From assembly GCA_001724245.1 (NCBI GenBank), contig MEDX01000043.1, positions 1 to 32,154 on the forward strand: 32,154 nt of DNA. The letters run 5' to 3'. Below the pieces are notes generated by a model that searched no databases, was not told the origin of the DNA, and was given only the letters and a program-made list of their open reading frames with translations. Each line of letters starts with the position of its first letter. Position 1 is the stretch's first letter. Positions 1 through 15,039 of this stretch are shown one piece after another. The position numbers and the translations under genes were made by a program. Origin of the DNA: Fonticula-like sp. SCN 57-25 (taxonomy: Eukaryota).

Positions 1-189
1 ATGCTGATCGACGAGGCGCGCGAGGCGAGCACCGCGCGCTACTACAACTTTGACCTCATCGACCAGTACCTCGACTTTGGCGGCGTCCGCATTGAGGACG
101 TGCTCGTCATCACGGCCAGTGGCCATGAGATGATTAGCTCAACGCCAAAGACGATCGAGGACGTCGAGGCCCTCATGCGCACCGCTTAA
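1..189 (+). CDS. PEPD: Xaa-Pro dipeptidase (prolidase, peptidase M24B), 3' end only; gene runs off the left edge
   Basis: FGGVRIEDVLVITASGHEMISSTPKTIEDVEALM matches the prolidase C-terminal GGVRIED metal-ligand motif and tail; TAA at 187-189. Confidence 0.85.
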   Translation: MLIDEAREASTARYYNFDLIDQYLDFGGVRIEDVLVITASGHEMISSTPKTIEDVEALMRTA

Positions 190-356
190 AGGCCGACAGC
201 AAGCCTGTCGTGCCAATCAAGTGCGACGATGCCCGTGATAGATATAGTGTGAATCGAGTTCACTGTCAGTATTGCATTTTATTAAATACCACAACGTAAA
301 ACTTGCTGATGCTACAACATCGCCTCTCTTAATCACGCTCCTGTCGAATCTATCAT

Positions 357-1217
357 CTACACGCTACCCACAAAGCGACGCTCCATCTTGTCCAGCTCCT
401 TCTTTGACACCTCGTCAACCTCGTCAATGTACTGCTCAACCGACTTGACCTCGGGCACATAGTGCATGAGCATGTTCTCAATGCCGGCCTTGAGCGTCAG
501 CATCGACGATGGGCACGACGAGCACGAGCCCTGGAGCTTGAGCATGACGACGCCGTCGATGAATGACTTGAACTCGATGTCGCCGCCGTCTTCCTGAACG
601 GTCTGCGGCACAAACAAACGCGTAAGCAACACACGACTCGTGATATTAAAAGAAAAGAGACGGGCGTACAGGGCGAATGCGCGTGTTGAGCAGCTCCTTG
701 ATCTCTGCAACGACTTCATCATCGTCGAGCGCATCCTCATCTTCCGCGGGCTGCCAGAAACATGAGCAAACAGAAAATCAAAAGGGCTGTTGAAAGGCGT
801 ACGGCGTTCACGAGTACGGGCTGATTGGTAGAGAAATAGTCCATGATAATTGAGTAAATGTCGGGCTTCATGAGCTGCCACTCATCCTCCTGGCCCTTGG
901 TGACGGTGATGAAATCCGATCCAAAGAAAACGCCCTTTACGCCATCCACGCGGAAGAGCTTCTTGGCGAGCGGAGAAATGTGCGTCGATTCCATGTCGCT
1001 AAAGTCCTTGGTTCCAGACTCCAGCACCGTTTGGCCGGGCTTGAACTTTAGCGAGGAGGGGTTGGGTGTCGACTCGGTCTGGATAAACATGCCGCGCACG
1101 CCGCGGAAGACTTTGGGCAGTGATGTAAGGTTAGCGCTCAACACAATGATACATTGAAGGAATATGTGCCGTACGGAGAGCGGTGCGGGCCCGCTGGTGC
1201 AATACACGAGACAGCAT
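357..1217 (-). CDS. NFU1: Mitochondrial Fe-S cluster carrier NFU1 (4 exons)
   Basis: Splicing three GT-AG introns (first at 1111-1174) gives an Arg-rich presequence-like [21 protein letters not shown], the N-domain [19 protein letters not shown]...[13 protein letters not shown], and the NifU-C domain [12 protein letters not shown]...[11 protein letters not shown] with CxxC. Confidence 0.95.
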
Positions 1218-1254
1218 GGTCAAGGCAGAGGAGCGGCTGACGGATCACGAGCGC

Positions 1255-1340
1255 TGCCCCAGGACACGTCCACGTGATCGCCAAGGTGAGCGGGATTCTG
1301 AACACGTGTGATGTGATTGGTCCCCATTTTTGGCGGGAAC
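1255..1340 (-). promoter_or_regulatory. Putative NFU1 promoter with two CACGTG boxes, a CCAAT box and an E2F-like site
   Basis: CACGTG at 1271-1276 and 1303-1308; ATTGG at 1316-1320 (CCAAT on the minus strand); TTTTGGCGGGAA at 1328-1339. All lie within about 125 nt upstream of the NFU1 ATG. Motif match only. Confidence 0.35.
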
Positions 1341-1475
1341 CGCGGGGGACTAAACAAGAGATTCAGGTGGAATGCACAAAACTATATTATGAAAAGTACT
1401 GGGATGAATAGGTAGTATACAAAAAGGACATTAAATATAAATATAATAAATGTACAACTAAGGCTCGGCCTCTTA

Positions 1476-4400
1476 CTACCCGAGTCCGATCAGCTGGTCT
1501 ATCCTCCGCCTGTCCCAGCCCGCCAGCTTGAACGCCTCTGCGGTGCGATCCTTGTTGGACTGCAGGGCCGTCAGCACCATCTGGCGCTCCTGAGCAAACT
1601 TGGCCACCCATCGAATTGTCCGCTCAATCACAGGCTTTGCCATTGCGCTGCAAAAAAGGTTAGCACAGCCAAAGGGAAAGCGGCGCGTGTCGTACGTGTC
1701 GTGGACGGCCCCGCACATCTCGCCGATGACAAAACCCGTGCGCCACGGCTGGTGCGCGTCCTCAAGCTCCAAAAGCGCCGCCAAGATGCTATGGGGTGGT
1801 CAGAGGGGCGGCATGGATAACAAGGCCAGCATACCTGAGGTGGTTCTCGACCAACTCGGCGGTCTTTAGGTAGTCGATGCACTGGTTCACTATGCGCTTG
1901 GTTACGGGCGCCGACTGCCAGGCCCAGTACTCGACGAGCGTCGTGGCGTCGAGCAGGTACGTGCCGTCAGCGATGAGGACGTGCAAGAAAGAGCGATCAA
2001 AGAGACGCCGCTCCTCGTCCTGCGGCAGGACAAACTGTCCGCTCGGGATCGCGTGCGGCGAATGATTCGTGTCCACCTGGCCCGGCGGCTTGCAAGAGCG
2101 AACCAAAAGCCCCAGGACGTCCAGCAGCGGCTGAAGCTCGCGCGACGTGCTGATCCAACTTACAGGTAAGCCTTGGCCGGTGGCGGCGTCCGCCGGAGAC
2201 CGCTGTACGACAACAGAGCGCAGCGCGCTGCGGCGCTCCTCGGCAAGGAAGTAGTCCACAAGAAGGCCAACGGCGCGCTTGGACAGCAGACGGTCGCGCT
2301 GGAAAGGAACGGTCAGCGACCCGGTGCCCACGAAAGCGCCCATGCGCGTACCTCAGAGGCGCCGAGCATGCAAATGTCGCGCAGAACCACAAACACCTCC
2401 TCGCCGCCCTTGGCAAGCGACGGCGCCGACAGCTCGGGGATCTATAGACGGCAGCGTGAGCACGGTGCTACCAAAAATACCGCTCAATCCGTTCGTACCA
2501 TGTCACAAATGAGCGTATAGAATGCGTCGAGCGAGTCGATAACAGCGCGTGTCGCCGGTGAGACCTGTCGATCAATGTTAGCACGCATATTCACGAGGCG
2601 AAAGCTGTCGTACGGGGGACATGCCGTCGTCGTCATCAAACGAATGGTCTTGGTCCACGTCATCCTGCGGCGCATAGGAGCGCACGTTGCGCCGCTTGGG
2701 CGGTGGCCGCTCAGGCATCGTAAGACCGTCACCTTCGCTAACATCGCCCGAGGTGCTGCCGTCCGTCTCCATTCCCAGGAACACCGGCATCCGGTGCGGG
2801 TGCAGCGTCGCCGTGAGGGTGCACAGCACGTCGCGGAAAAGCTTTGTAAAGCGGCGGCGCACATGGCGATCGGGGCATGAAACCAGGACGGCCTTGGCAA
2901 ACGCCGGTGCTTCTTGGACGAACCAGAGGGACTCGTCGACGCGGCCGCGGTACGCAGTGCGCAGGAAGCGAGTCCAGTCGCCGAGCGAGTAGCGATCTTG
3001 CTCGCGCGCGCGAATAACCACCTCGATGACGAAGCGCGTGGCGCACTTGATGAGCAGAGGCGATAGGTGATCCACAGGTTCTGTAGAATGCACTAGGTAA
3101 GAATACAACGACGTTCAAAGAAAAAGAGCGGGCGCACCAAGAGTGTCCGACACCGTCGGCTGCGTTGCTGTTTGCATGACCTCCCACACAAAGTTAAAGT
3201 ACTCTTGAGAGAATACCTGGCGGGTGCGAAGGACGGCGCGGTTCGTGTCCCACACGCTCTTGATGATCTCGGGGCGGATGTCAGCCTCGGACACCTCTGT
3301 GCGGGTCGGAGCGCTCTCGGACCGAGCGTAAAACAGCATGTACGCATTGTTGTTCTTTGCCCGGACGCTTGAGCTTCCCGGAACAGGTGGCTTCTTGTTG
3401 GACAATGAAGAGGAAGAGCCGGCGGTCTGCGCCGAGGACGCCGCCGCATACGACGACCCTGTCGAATCGGAGCGCTGGAGGGAGCCGGTTGAATGCTTGC
3501 CTCCAAAGCACTGGTCGTCCAGGGCGGCAATATCGAATGGGCGCACGCGAGCATCATTGAACATGTACCAGTTGGCCTTGTCGGCGGGCGAATTTCCATC
3601 CTTGATGATGGAATAGTAGTGCCCAGAGTCGGCCGTGCCCTCGTGCACCAGAACGCCCACGAGGTCATACCAGCAATCCTCCTCGGCCAACCCGGACGCC
3701 GAGTCAGACACCTTCTCCTGCTCATCGTACGCTTGCTTCGTGTACGGGAACACGTTTAGGCGAAGCGGGAACTCGCAGCGGTCATTCAGCTTGACGTTCT
3801 TGCGCAGCTCAAAGTCAAACTCAAACCGCTTGAGATGGACAGCGAGCACAGAGGGAAGCTTGCTGATGCACACGCGGCGCGTCGCAGTCACGCGCTCGTC
3901 GCAGATTCCGCAGTGGAACTTGTTCGCGCCGTCCATAAGCTCGCCGCTGGCAAAGAACTGCAAGCTGTCAGTTAAGGAGCCGAGGTTCTTGACGTCGACG
4001 CTGAGCGTAATGAACGGCTCCTCGCGCGAGGACCTGTGCGGGCAGTCCTGGCAGATAATATGGTTGGAAACCGCGCCGCCAAACACGTCCTCGAGGAGCT
4101 TTGCCTGCTCCGTGTCCTTGAGAGCAACGTCAATCTTGTCGAGGAACTGGTTGCAAAATTCCTGCACGTCCATCTGGACCATGAGATTAACGCGCTGACC
4201 TTGATAGTCCCGCAGAGAACCGCAAAAATTGCCCATGTTGAAAGCGCCGCCCTGCCCATAGTGCAGGTGCGCAAACAAAACCTGTAGCTCGTACAGCAGA
4301 GCGCTGTTCGGGTCGGTGCTGTCTTCCTCCGCGGGGACCGGCGTCGAACGAACTGAGAGAACGCCGTCGCGGAACCTGGGAAGCGCGTACAGCGATTGAA

Positions 4401-7400
4401 GCAGCGCGTTGATGTAGCACGTGTTGCCCATGTTCATCAACCCCCGCAGGCCGTGTGGCGCGTCCTCACTAGGACAGGATGAGCAACTTTAAAAAACGAC
4501 AAGGGAAAAACGTACCGTGGCGGGCTCACGTTCCAAGCCGAGCTCACCTCGAGATCGGCCAACTGCTTATCAATGAGCGCAGCGACTTCTTGCACGTTCG
4601 CAGGCTCGCCGCGCACAAGCTCCTCGAGAAGCTGGAGTGCGGCTTGCCGCGCGCCGGCCGACTTGCAGAGCGGCAGCGCATTCACGCCCCTCTTTCTTCC
4701 GGACGGGATCTCAAACAGGCAGCGCCCAAAGAGCTCCTGCAGAAGGCCCCATTCCGAGGCGCAGGCAAAAGTCTTAAGATGCGGGAACGAGCTGAATACC
4801 GCCACAAGAAGCTGCAGCAGGCCGATAAGACCGCCGTCCTCGTAGCCCGAGCGGACGTCCTCGACGGTCTCGCGCAGTGGCCAGTTTTTGAGCATGGGAA
4901 TAAGGATAGCGGCGATGCTTTCGAGGGCACCTTCCGGCAGCAGCGGCGAGCCGCGCATTTCCGCACCGTACGACCCAATCAGGCGCGTGACAAGCTTAAA
5001 ATACTGGACCACTTGGCTGTCCATTGCATGCACGGTGGGCAGCACCGCGAGTAAAAGGCGCATGATCTCCTCCACGCCCCGACCGCCGTGCGCCCGTGCG
5101 CCCTGATCAAAAAGGAACTTGCACAGTGCACCAAACGCCAGCGCCGCCTCCTCGCGCACGCTCGGCTCGCTCGTTCGCAGCACAAGCAGCAGCAGGAATT
5201 CTCCGAACGAGGAATCGAACCGAATGAACTCGATGTACGACCCGCAAATGGCCATGTAGAGATGCAGCCCATGCTTGACCGCGTTCAGGTCGTCTTCGCC
5301 GAGGATCGTGGCGTCAGACAAGGCGACGCTGCTGAGGAGCGACGAAACCGACCACCACAGATCGACCGCATATAGCTTCCCTTCCGCCTTTTTAATCTGG
5401 GAAGGCGGCGGCGCTTCGGCGGCGGCGAATGTGCCTAGCCGGATGGTGGGAATCGCCGAAGCATTGTCAATGACTGTCAGGGACGGCGGTAGCTTTAGGC
5501 AGTTGAACGCCAGCGGGATGACGGAATGAAGCGCGGCAGCAACGGCACTCGACGACACGCTCGCGGGCAATGCTCCGTACGAGTTGTCGACCACAAGAGC
5601 GTCGAGGGCTTCCAGAAGAAGAGACACGCAGGCGATGGCGCCAGTTTCAGGCCGAGCGATCTAGAGTTGCTGCATCAGTACATGAAAAAGGCGCGCGAAC
5701 AGAACGACATACCTTGAACAGCAGCTCTTCGGTCAGCCCGCGAAGGACATTCAGCAGATACGCCGCGCCGCCAAGCTCGACAAAGGCAGAACGCCAAACA
5801 GCGGCTCCGTCCCCGCCAATTGTGGTGTTGCCCGCTGTCGTGTCCTCGCGGCACAGATAGTTGACGATCTGCAGGCCATAAGCGAACCGGAACAGGTTGG
5901 TGGAATCCAGGAGGGTCGACCAGTCGACGGCCTTGGCGTCGGGCTTGGTGGCGTCCTTGAAGCGCTGCACCATGGCCATGTTGAGCGGGAGAAGGCGAAG
6001 TAACAACCACGTGCGGTGCGCAATGGTGTCTGAAACGGCAAAGAGGCCAAAAAGGCGATCAAAGTGCGTCTGGCTGTTCAACAGCACACTTCCCTTGCCC
6101 AGCTCCTCCTGCAGCCCGAGATCGACAACACCCGACGGCGCCTTGCGACCGCTTCCTTCGGTCATTGTCGACGATGTCGTGCCCATCGGGGTCGTGGACG
6201 AAGCAGTGCGCTCGACCAATCCAGATACGGAACCGGATTGCGAAATAGAAACAGATTTCTCGGTGAGAAGCGAACTGGCGCGCCCTAATCCAATGGCCTG
6301 CAGCTGCTGCTGCATCGCCTCCAGCCACTCTGGAAAGGGGACAAGCAGTCAGCCAAATAAAACACACACACACAATAGGCCATACCCGAATCCAATTGAT
6401 TCCGCGGCTTGCGCGCAGTGGCCGCTGCACTCGGGGTGTTACCATCGAGCATGAGCTCTGGGTCGTCGTCGTCAATGATATGTGCGAATATCCGTTGGTT
6501 GTCGGCGAGACCCATCGATGCCAGCGTGTCGTCGCCGTCGATAAACTCAATTCCACCCGAAATGATCTGAAACAAAAGTGTGAGACATAATTGGAGCCGC
6601 CAGAGAGTGCGGACCTTGACTTCAACGCCATCTCGCAAGCGACGAATGGAATACGGCTCCTCTTGGCGATCCGCGCTGCGCGAACGCGGGCGAGGGCCCG
6701 TCGTTACCAAAGGCGCCACCGGCGTCTTGATCAGTTCGTCCTGAACGCGCTCCAAAACAGCATTCTTCATAGCCCGGATTGTATCGCTAGGTTGCATAAT
6801 GATGGTCAACGGCATGTTGGGCTCCCCGCGTTGAACGACGACGACTGAGAGCGACAGTGCCTTATCCTACATCCTGTGTCAGCAACCACCAAACATTAAT
6901 GCGGCCAAAGCACCTTTGGTTGATCGCGGGACATGATGCTAGAAATGCTCAGCTTGCCTATGGAGCTAACAAAGCTGCCCGACTTGGACCGCTTGTGTTC
7001 GCCGCCCTCCTTGCGCTTCCGCTGCACTGGACCAAAGGCGGCGACCGAAGAGTTTTGCAGCTGCTCGACAAAGATGCGGAGAAGCACGAGGCAGCGCTCC
7101 ACGATACGCGCGTTTGTACCTATGCCACGTATGAGAACATTGCGACGCTGCAGCAAACAAAACGTACCTTCGGGGATGGCGCGCTCGGCAACGGCCTTTG
7201 AGATGCGCTCGGTGCATGACAGCAGAAACTGCTCGCGAACCTTGAGCCGACTCTTCCGCTTCAAGGCACTCGTGTGATCCACCATGTCCACAAGGGTGGC
7301 CGTGGCGAGGTTGGCGACACTCGAGTTTACGACGCGGAGGGCCACTTCCCACAGATACTCGACCCCGATCAAGTCGGATGAGGTGATTACATCAAAGGAC

Positions 7401-10400
7401 TTGAAGCGGCGCCAGGTCGTCTCGCTCGTCAGAGCCTGCTGCTCTTTGCCATCGGGCGCAGCCATCATCGAAACGAGGATGGCGAGGTCGTTCCCGTGAA
7501 GAGCGAGGCGCTTTTCATGCGCATTGAGGTTGAAAAAGCACGTCTCAAACACCGCATAGGCGCTCAGCGTCAGTGACTCTGGGTCGAGCACGCAGACGCG
7601 CGACACAAAGAGCTGCTCGACCGCGTCGTCGGCAAAAATGGGGAAAACCTGACTATCGGCCCCGTCGTTGATTTGCTTGATCAGCCACGTGAAAAAGGCG
7701 TCAACTTGGGCAGTCGGGCTCTTTGGCTGCACGAACGTGTCCCATAGTCTTTCAACCATGTGAGCAAAACAAAAAATACTCTCGAATACAATGCGTACAG
7801 TTCTAGCTGCTGCCGGGATAGCGCCAGGGTCGATGCACGCAGGGCATACGACAAAAACTGAAGCACCTCCGACTGGCGCAGCTGCCCCTCCGAGGGCGCG
7901 CCCGCCCGGACTGTCTGCTGAAGCGTCCCGCTATGATCCAACATTAGTCATTGGGGGAGGGGGAAGAGCGAGCCATACCGCTTAGAGCTCTCGTCCATAG
8001 CGGTGAACAGCTTTGAAAGCAACTGATGCTGCGCCTCGAGGCCTTCGATGACAGAACTGCGAGATTCCTAAACGCGGGGTGAGCAACCATCGCGCGCCGA
8101 ACACTCACGTACCTTGCGCCACGCTTTCTTTTCGGGAAAAGTATCGATAATTTTCGCCAGTAAATCGAGAGCTGCGCCGGGTGACACCTGCTTGCTAATG
8201 TTGTCAACGCAGCGCACGCAAAACGGAACGCGCTCCTGCTGAAATTCGGTCGCCTCAAAAAGCTACAGCAAACCATGGTTAGATGGCGCGAGTCGGGAAG
8301 AGTATGGGCGCACCTTGATCAAAGATGACACTGCAATTGGTCGCAGCGTCGGCTTTAGAGCAGATGTCGTTTGGATGAGGCGCCACAAGATCGGCACGCC
8401 AAAGCCAGCATGAGCGCGCGCTTTCTTGTTCATGGGGCTGATTTTGGTCGCAACGAGAGTCAGGTGCGAAATCAGCTGCAACGTGGGCTCGTCAAAGGCA
8501 GACTCGGGGATCTGCTCAATCTGGAACAAAATTATCAGCAGCTTACTCGCAGTCAGTGATCTGGTACCTTTTCCACGATGAGACTCACCAGCTCGGACGT
8601 GCTGGCGGCGATAGACGCCATCTGGAGCAACAGGTCAAAAATGGCCGCTTTGAATGAGCCCTGCGCCATATGGGCCAATCCCCAGAGATGCTCAAGGTCC
8701 TGGCGCGAGAATTCATCCTGCTCGGCCATGACAAGGAACAGCTCCGATGCGCTCTTGATGACTTCGATGTGCGCGTTTGCATCCGACAAGAGCCCTGTAA
8801 AGTTGATGTCGTGCAGCCACCTCATAAAGAATTTGACATCGATCGACACAGGTACCTGGTGCAGCCGCGTGAGATTCATTCAATATCAGGGAAAGCAAAC
8901 GCACCAGCTCTTTCGGAGACTTGTACATGGAAAAGGGCAGAATATGCACGGACTTTACTTGACCGCTGGAAACCCGTTAGGCGCCATGTATGAAACACTG
9001 CAATATGCGTACGGGGCATCAACGACGATTTGCTTGAGGATCTTGACCAGCAGAGATACAACAAAAAGACGGCGATCAAGCGTTTGGGCCAAAAGCCCCT
9101 TGTGTGCAAGCCGCATTGAAAACACCAGGTCTCGTTGCTCGACTTCGTCCTTTGATAGTACGCGCGCGACCAAGTTCTCAAGATGCCAGGAAAGCTCGGG
9201 AATGTTTGTAGTGCTCTCCTTTTTAAGCTCCTTTTCCGGTAGCCTACGCACGCGATGTTAGTACCAGACGCCAAATGCGACGCGGCGCAGCGTACGATAG
9301 CATGATCTCGTAGCTCAAATCCTGCAATTCGACGGCAAACCGCTGCAGAAAGCTCAGTGTAAAGTACGGCTGCAGACGCAGGAATGGCGACAGCATCAGC
9401 CTCAAGCTTCGCAAATCCTGGATTCCAACCACTGGCCGTAAATCGCCTGACGCCCGCTCGTCGGCGAGTCCCTCGGTAAACCGCAGAGTGGATGTGGATC
9501 CACCAGCAAGGATCCCCGACACCACGGGAGACGGCAACTGACCGACGAAAAACCGAAACTTGGCCAAAAGCACGTCAAAGCCCCCGCGGGCGCCAAAGTA
9601 GTCCACGTTGATCAGGTAATACACCGACGTCTCCTGGTCGTCCGGTGGTAAGCGAGCAAAGACCGCCGACGTGCGTGATTCCGTTGTGCCGTCGTTCTGC
9701 GTCGAGCTGCTGTCCGGCTGGTCGTGGTCCTCGTAAAAGAATGGCCGCAGCTGATCCTCCATGGGGTTGCGAATGAAAAATCCTCGCGAGTGATTACTCA
9801 GGATTAAAGACAAAACCTCAAGCGCATGCTGGGGAAGCGGCCGCCCTTTTAGGCGATGAATAATGAAATCCATCGTCCTTTGGAAAAATTGGTTCAAGCG
9901 AGCTGGGTTCGGAGCATCCGTCAGCATCACCTATGAAACGAAAGGGAGGCCGTGGAAACCGCGCACCCTTTAGCTTTGGCTCGATATCCGCCCTGCCCTG
10001 CAAAACATTCACATATTGGGGAAGAGCATGGACAAAAAACGCGGCAGCCGGGCCGTCAACGCGCTCGGGGTTGCTCGCGCTGAGCACCTCCTGAATATGG
10101 CCCTCGATGCACTACGCAGCGCTTCGTCAGCAACTCTCGGTGGTACCAACCCGGCCGTAGTGCGTACCACAACATATGGCGTGGGGTCCTCTGTCTCCTG
10201 GAGCGCCTGGTTGAGCAGCCCGCAGTGTCGTGGGACCTCGTTCATGGTCATCTGAAGGAGCGGGGTGGTCATCGACAGCGCAGCAAGCTTGCTTGAGCTG
10301 CTCGGGAGTGCTTGGGCTCCGCCTTCACTGCCGCCCCCTTGAGGCGGCAGCGGTGGTGTTCCTCCGTCCATGGCTACGGCGGTGGCAGCACCACCACCGT

Positions 10401-10419
10401 TGCCCTGCGCGTCCTCCAT
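1476..10419 (-). CDS. Large ubiquitin carboxyl-terminal hydrolase (peptidase C19), USP9X/USP24/USP34-type; about 23 exons
   Basis: One frame can be spliced from ATG 10419 (MEDAQGNGG) to TAG 1476 through about 22 GT-AG introns. Cys box GLMNMGNTCYINALLQSLY, QMDVQEF, finger CQDC/CGIC, HLKRFEFD, His box YDLVGVLVHEGTADSGHYYS, WYMFND and NAYMLFY are present. A long helical N-terminal region and an internal ubiquitin-like domain (about 6860-6478) precede the catalytic domain. Confidence 0.9.
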
Positions 10420-10533
10420 CGTGCGCTCCCCGCGGCGAGCACCACAACAAAATGCGCGGGTAATGGAGCAATCTGCCCCAGATTCTGGCCCTATTGTTTG
10501 CGTCTCTTCGGTCGTGCACGTCAGCAAACGACG
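10420..10533. promoter_or_regulatory. Short bidirectional promoter between the USP and thioredoxin-like genes
   Basis: Only 114 nt separate the two divergent ATGs; contains TGCACGTCAG at 10515-10524. Confidence 0.5.
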
Positions 10534-11146
10534 ATGAGTGGCGACTGCAGCGACGGATCGTGCAGCATTGCGCACGGCCACGGTGCGTTGGCGTCAAAGG
10601 CGTCGAATGGCGAGGTGTCAATGAACAGCCTTCCACAATGGATGCGCGAATTCAACGTTCAGCGGCTCGTTGACTCTACTGGCAAGCCGCTTGAAGTATT
10701 GCCATCGACCCCGCTGATCGGCCTCTACTTTTCCGCCGCCTGGTGTCCGCCGTGCCAAGCGTACTCTCCGTTCTTAAGCGACTTTGCGAGTAAACACTCG
10801 GCAGATCTTTCCGTTGTCTTTGTGTCACAGGACAATAGCGAGGCTGAAATGTTGCGGTTCATCGCCGGAAAGTCGTTCTCGGCCATTCCTTTCAACCACC
10901 CGGCGCGCTCCTTGGTTCGTTTGTGTTTCGCTCAGTGTGTTTCCTGACGTGTGTTTCTTATTCTTTTAGCTTGGGAAAAAGTTCAACATTATGGCCATTC
11001 CGTCGCTGATTATCGTCGATGCCGCGGGGAATCTTGTCACCTCGTGGGGCCGCAGTGCCACGACAAAGAACCCGGAGAATTGCGTGGCAGAATGGAAGAC
11101 GGGCTCGCACGGTGTATCGTGGTTGCAGCTTTTGAAATTTTGGTAA
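10534..11146 (+). CDS. Nucleoredoxin/tryparedoxin-like thioredoxin (2 exons)
   Basis: IGLYFSAAWCPPCQAYSPFL...VVFVSQD...AIPF, then intron 10915-10969 (GTTCGT...TAG), then LGKKFNIMAIPSLIIVDAAGNLVTSWGR...LLKFW and TAA at 11144-11146. Confidence 0.9.
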
Positions 11147-11291
11147 AGTCGCGAATGAATTTTTAGCAAGTAGGAACCATGTTATTGAATATTGGGAAAG
11201 GGGTAATAGTATGTGGTATAAAATGCGGTTTAACAACATTGACCAAAGCATTGCTTGCTCTCGCTGACAGCTCCACGCTTGTTGAATCATT

Positions 11292-14670
<3,379 letters not shown>

Positions 14671-15039
14671 GGAGACTTGAAGTTCAACCATGGTAGCGTT
14701 GGTAAGCGAGTCGGATACCATAAAGATCTATTGCATACCAATAGCAGACACTTGCCAACACCGCTAAGGGACGTCAATGAGGGGAGGGTGTCAGGGGTAC
14801 GGCGCTCAACACACAAAGGATCGCGTGCGGCTTGCAGGCAGCTTGTAAGTTTCAACTTGCAAAAACAGAAGGGACCAAAAAGGAACGCCAAAATAGCCAA
14901 TCAGATGCGAGTCAACAAATTCCTCCTACAACCTGCAACAGCCTTGTGGGCAAGCTCACCACAGCCCATACAAACGTTGCTCACCGGCGACATCTCATTG
15001 GTCCATTGGTGCAACCCTGTCGATGCAACTCTCGCTGCC
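14671..15039. promoter_or_regulatory. Divergent intergenic region between the LIM-CH and MFS genes
   Basis: Lies between head-to-head ATGs; GACGTCA at 14770-14776 and CCAATCAG at 14897-14904. Confidence 0.45.

Noticed and set aside
1476-10419. Fragmented ORFs read as several genes or a pseudogene
   Set aside because: Every break is bridged by a GT-AG intron with a branch-like site and the right phase, and the catalytic Cys, His and Asp motifs are intact.
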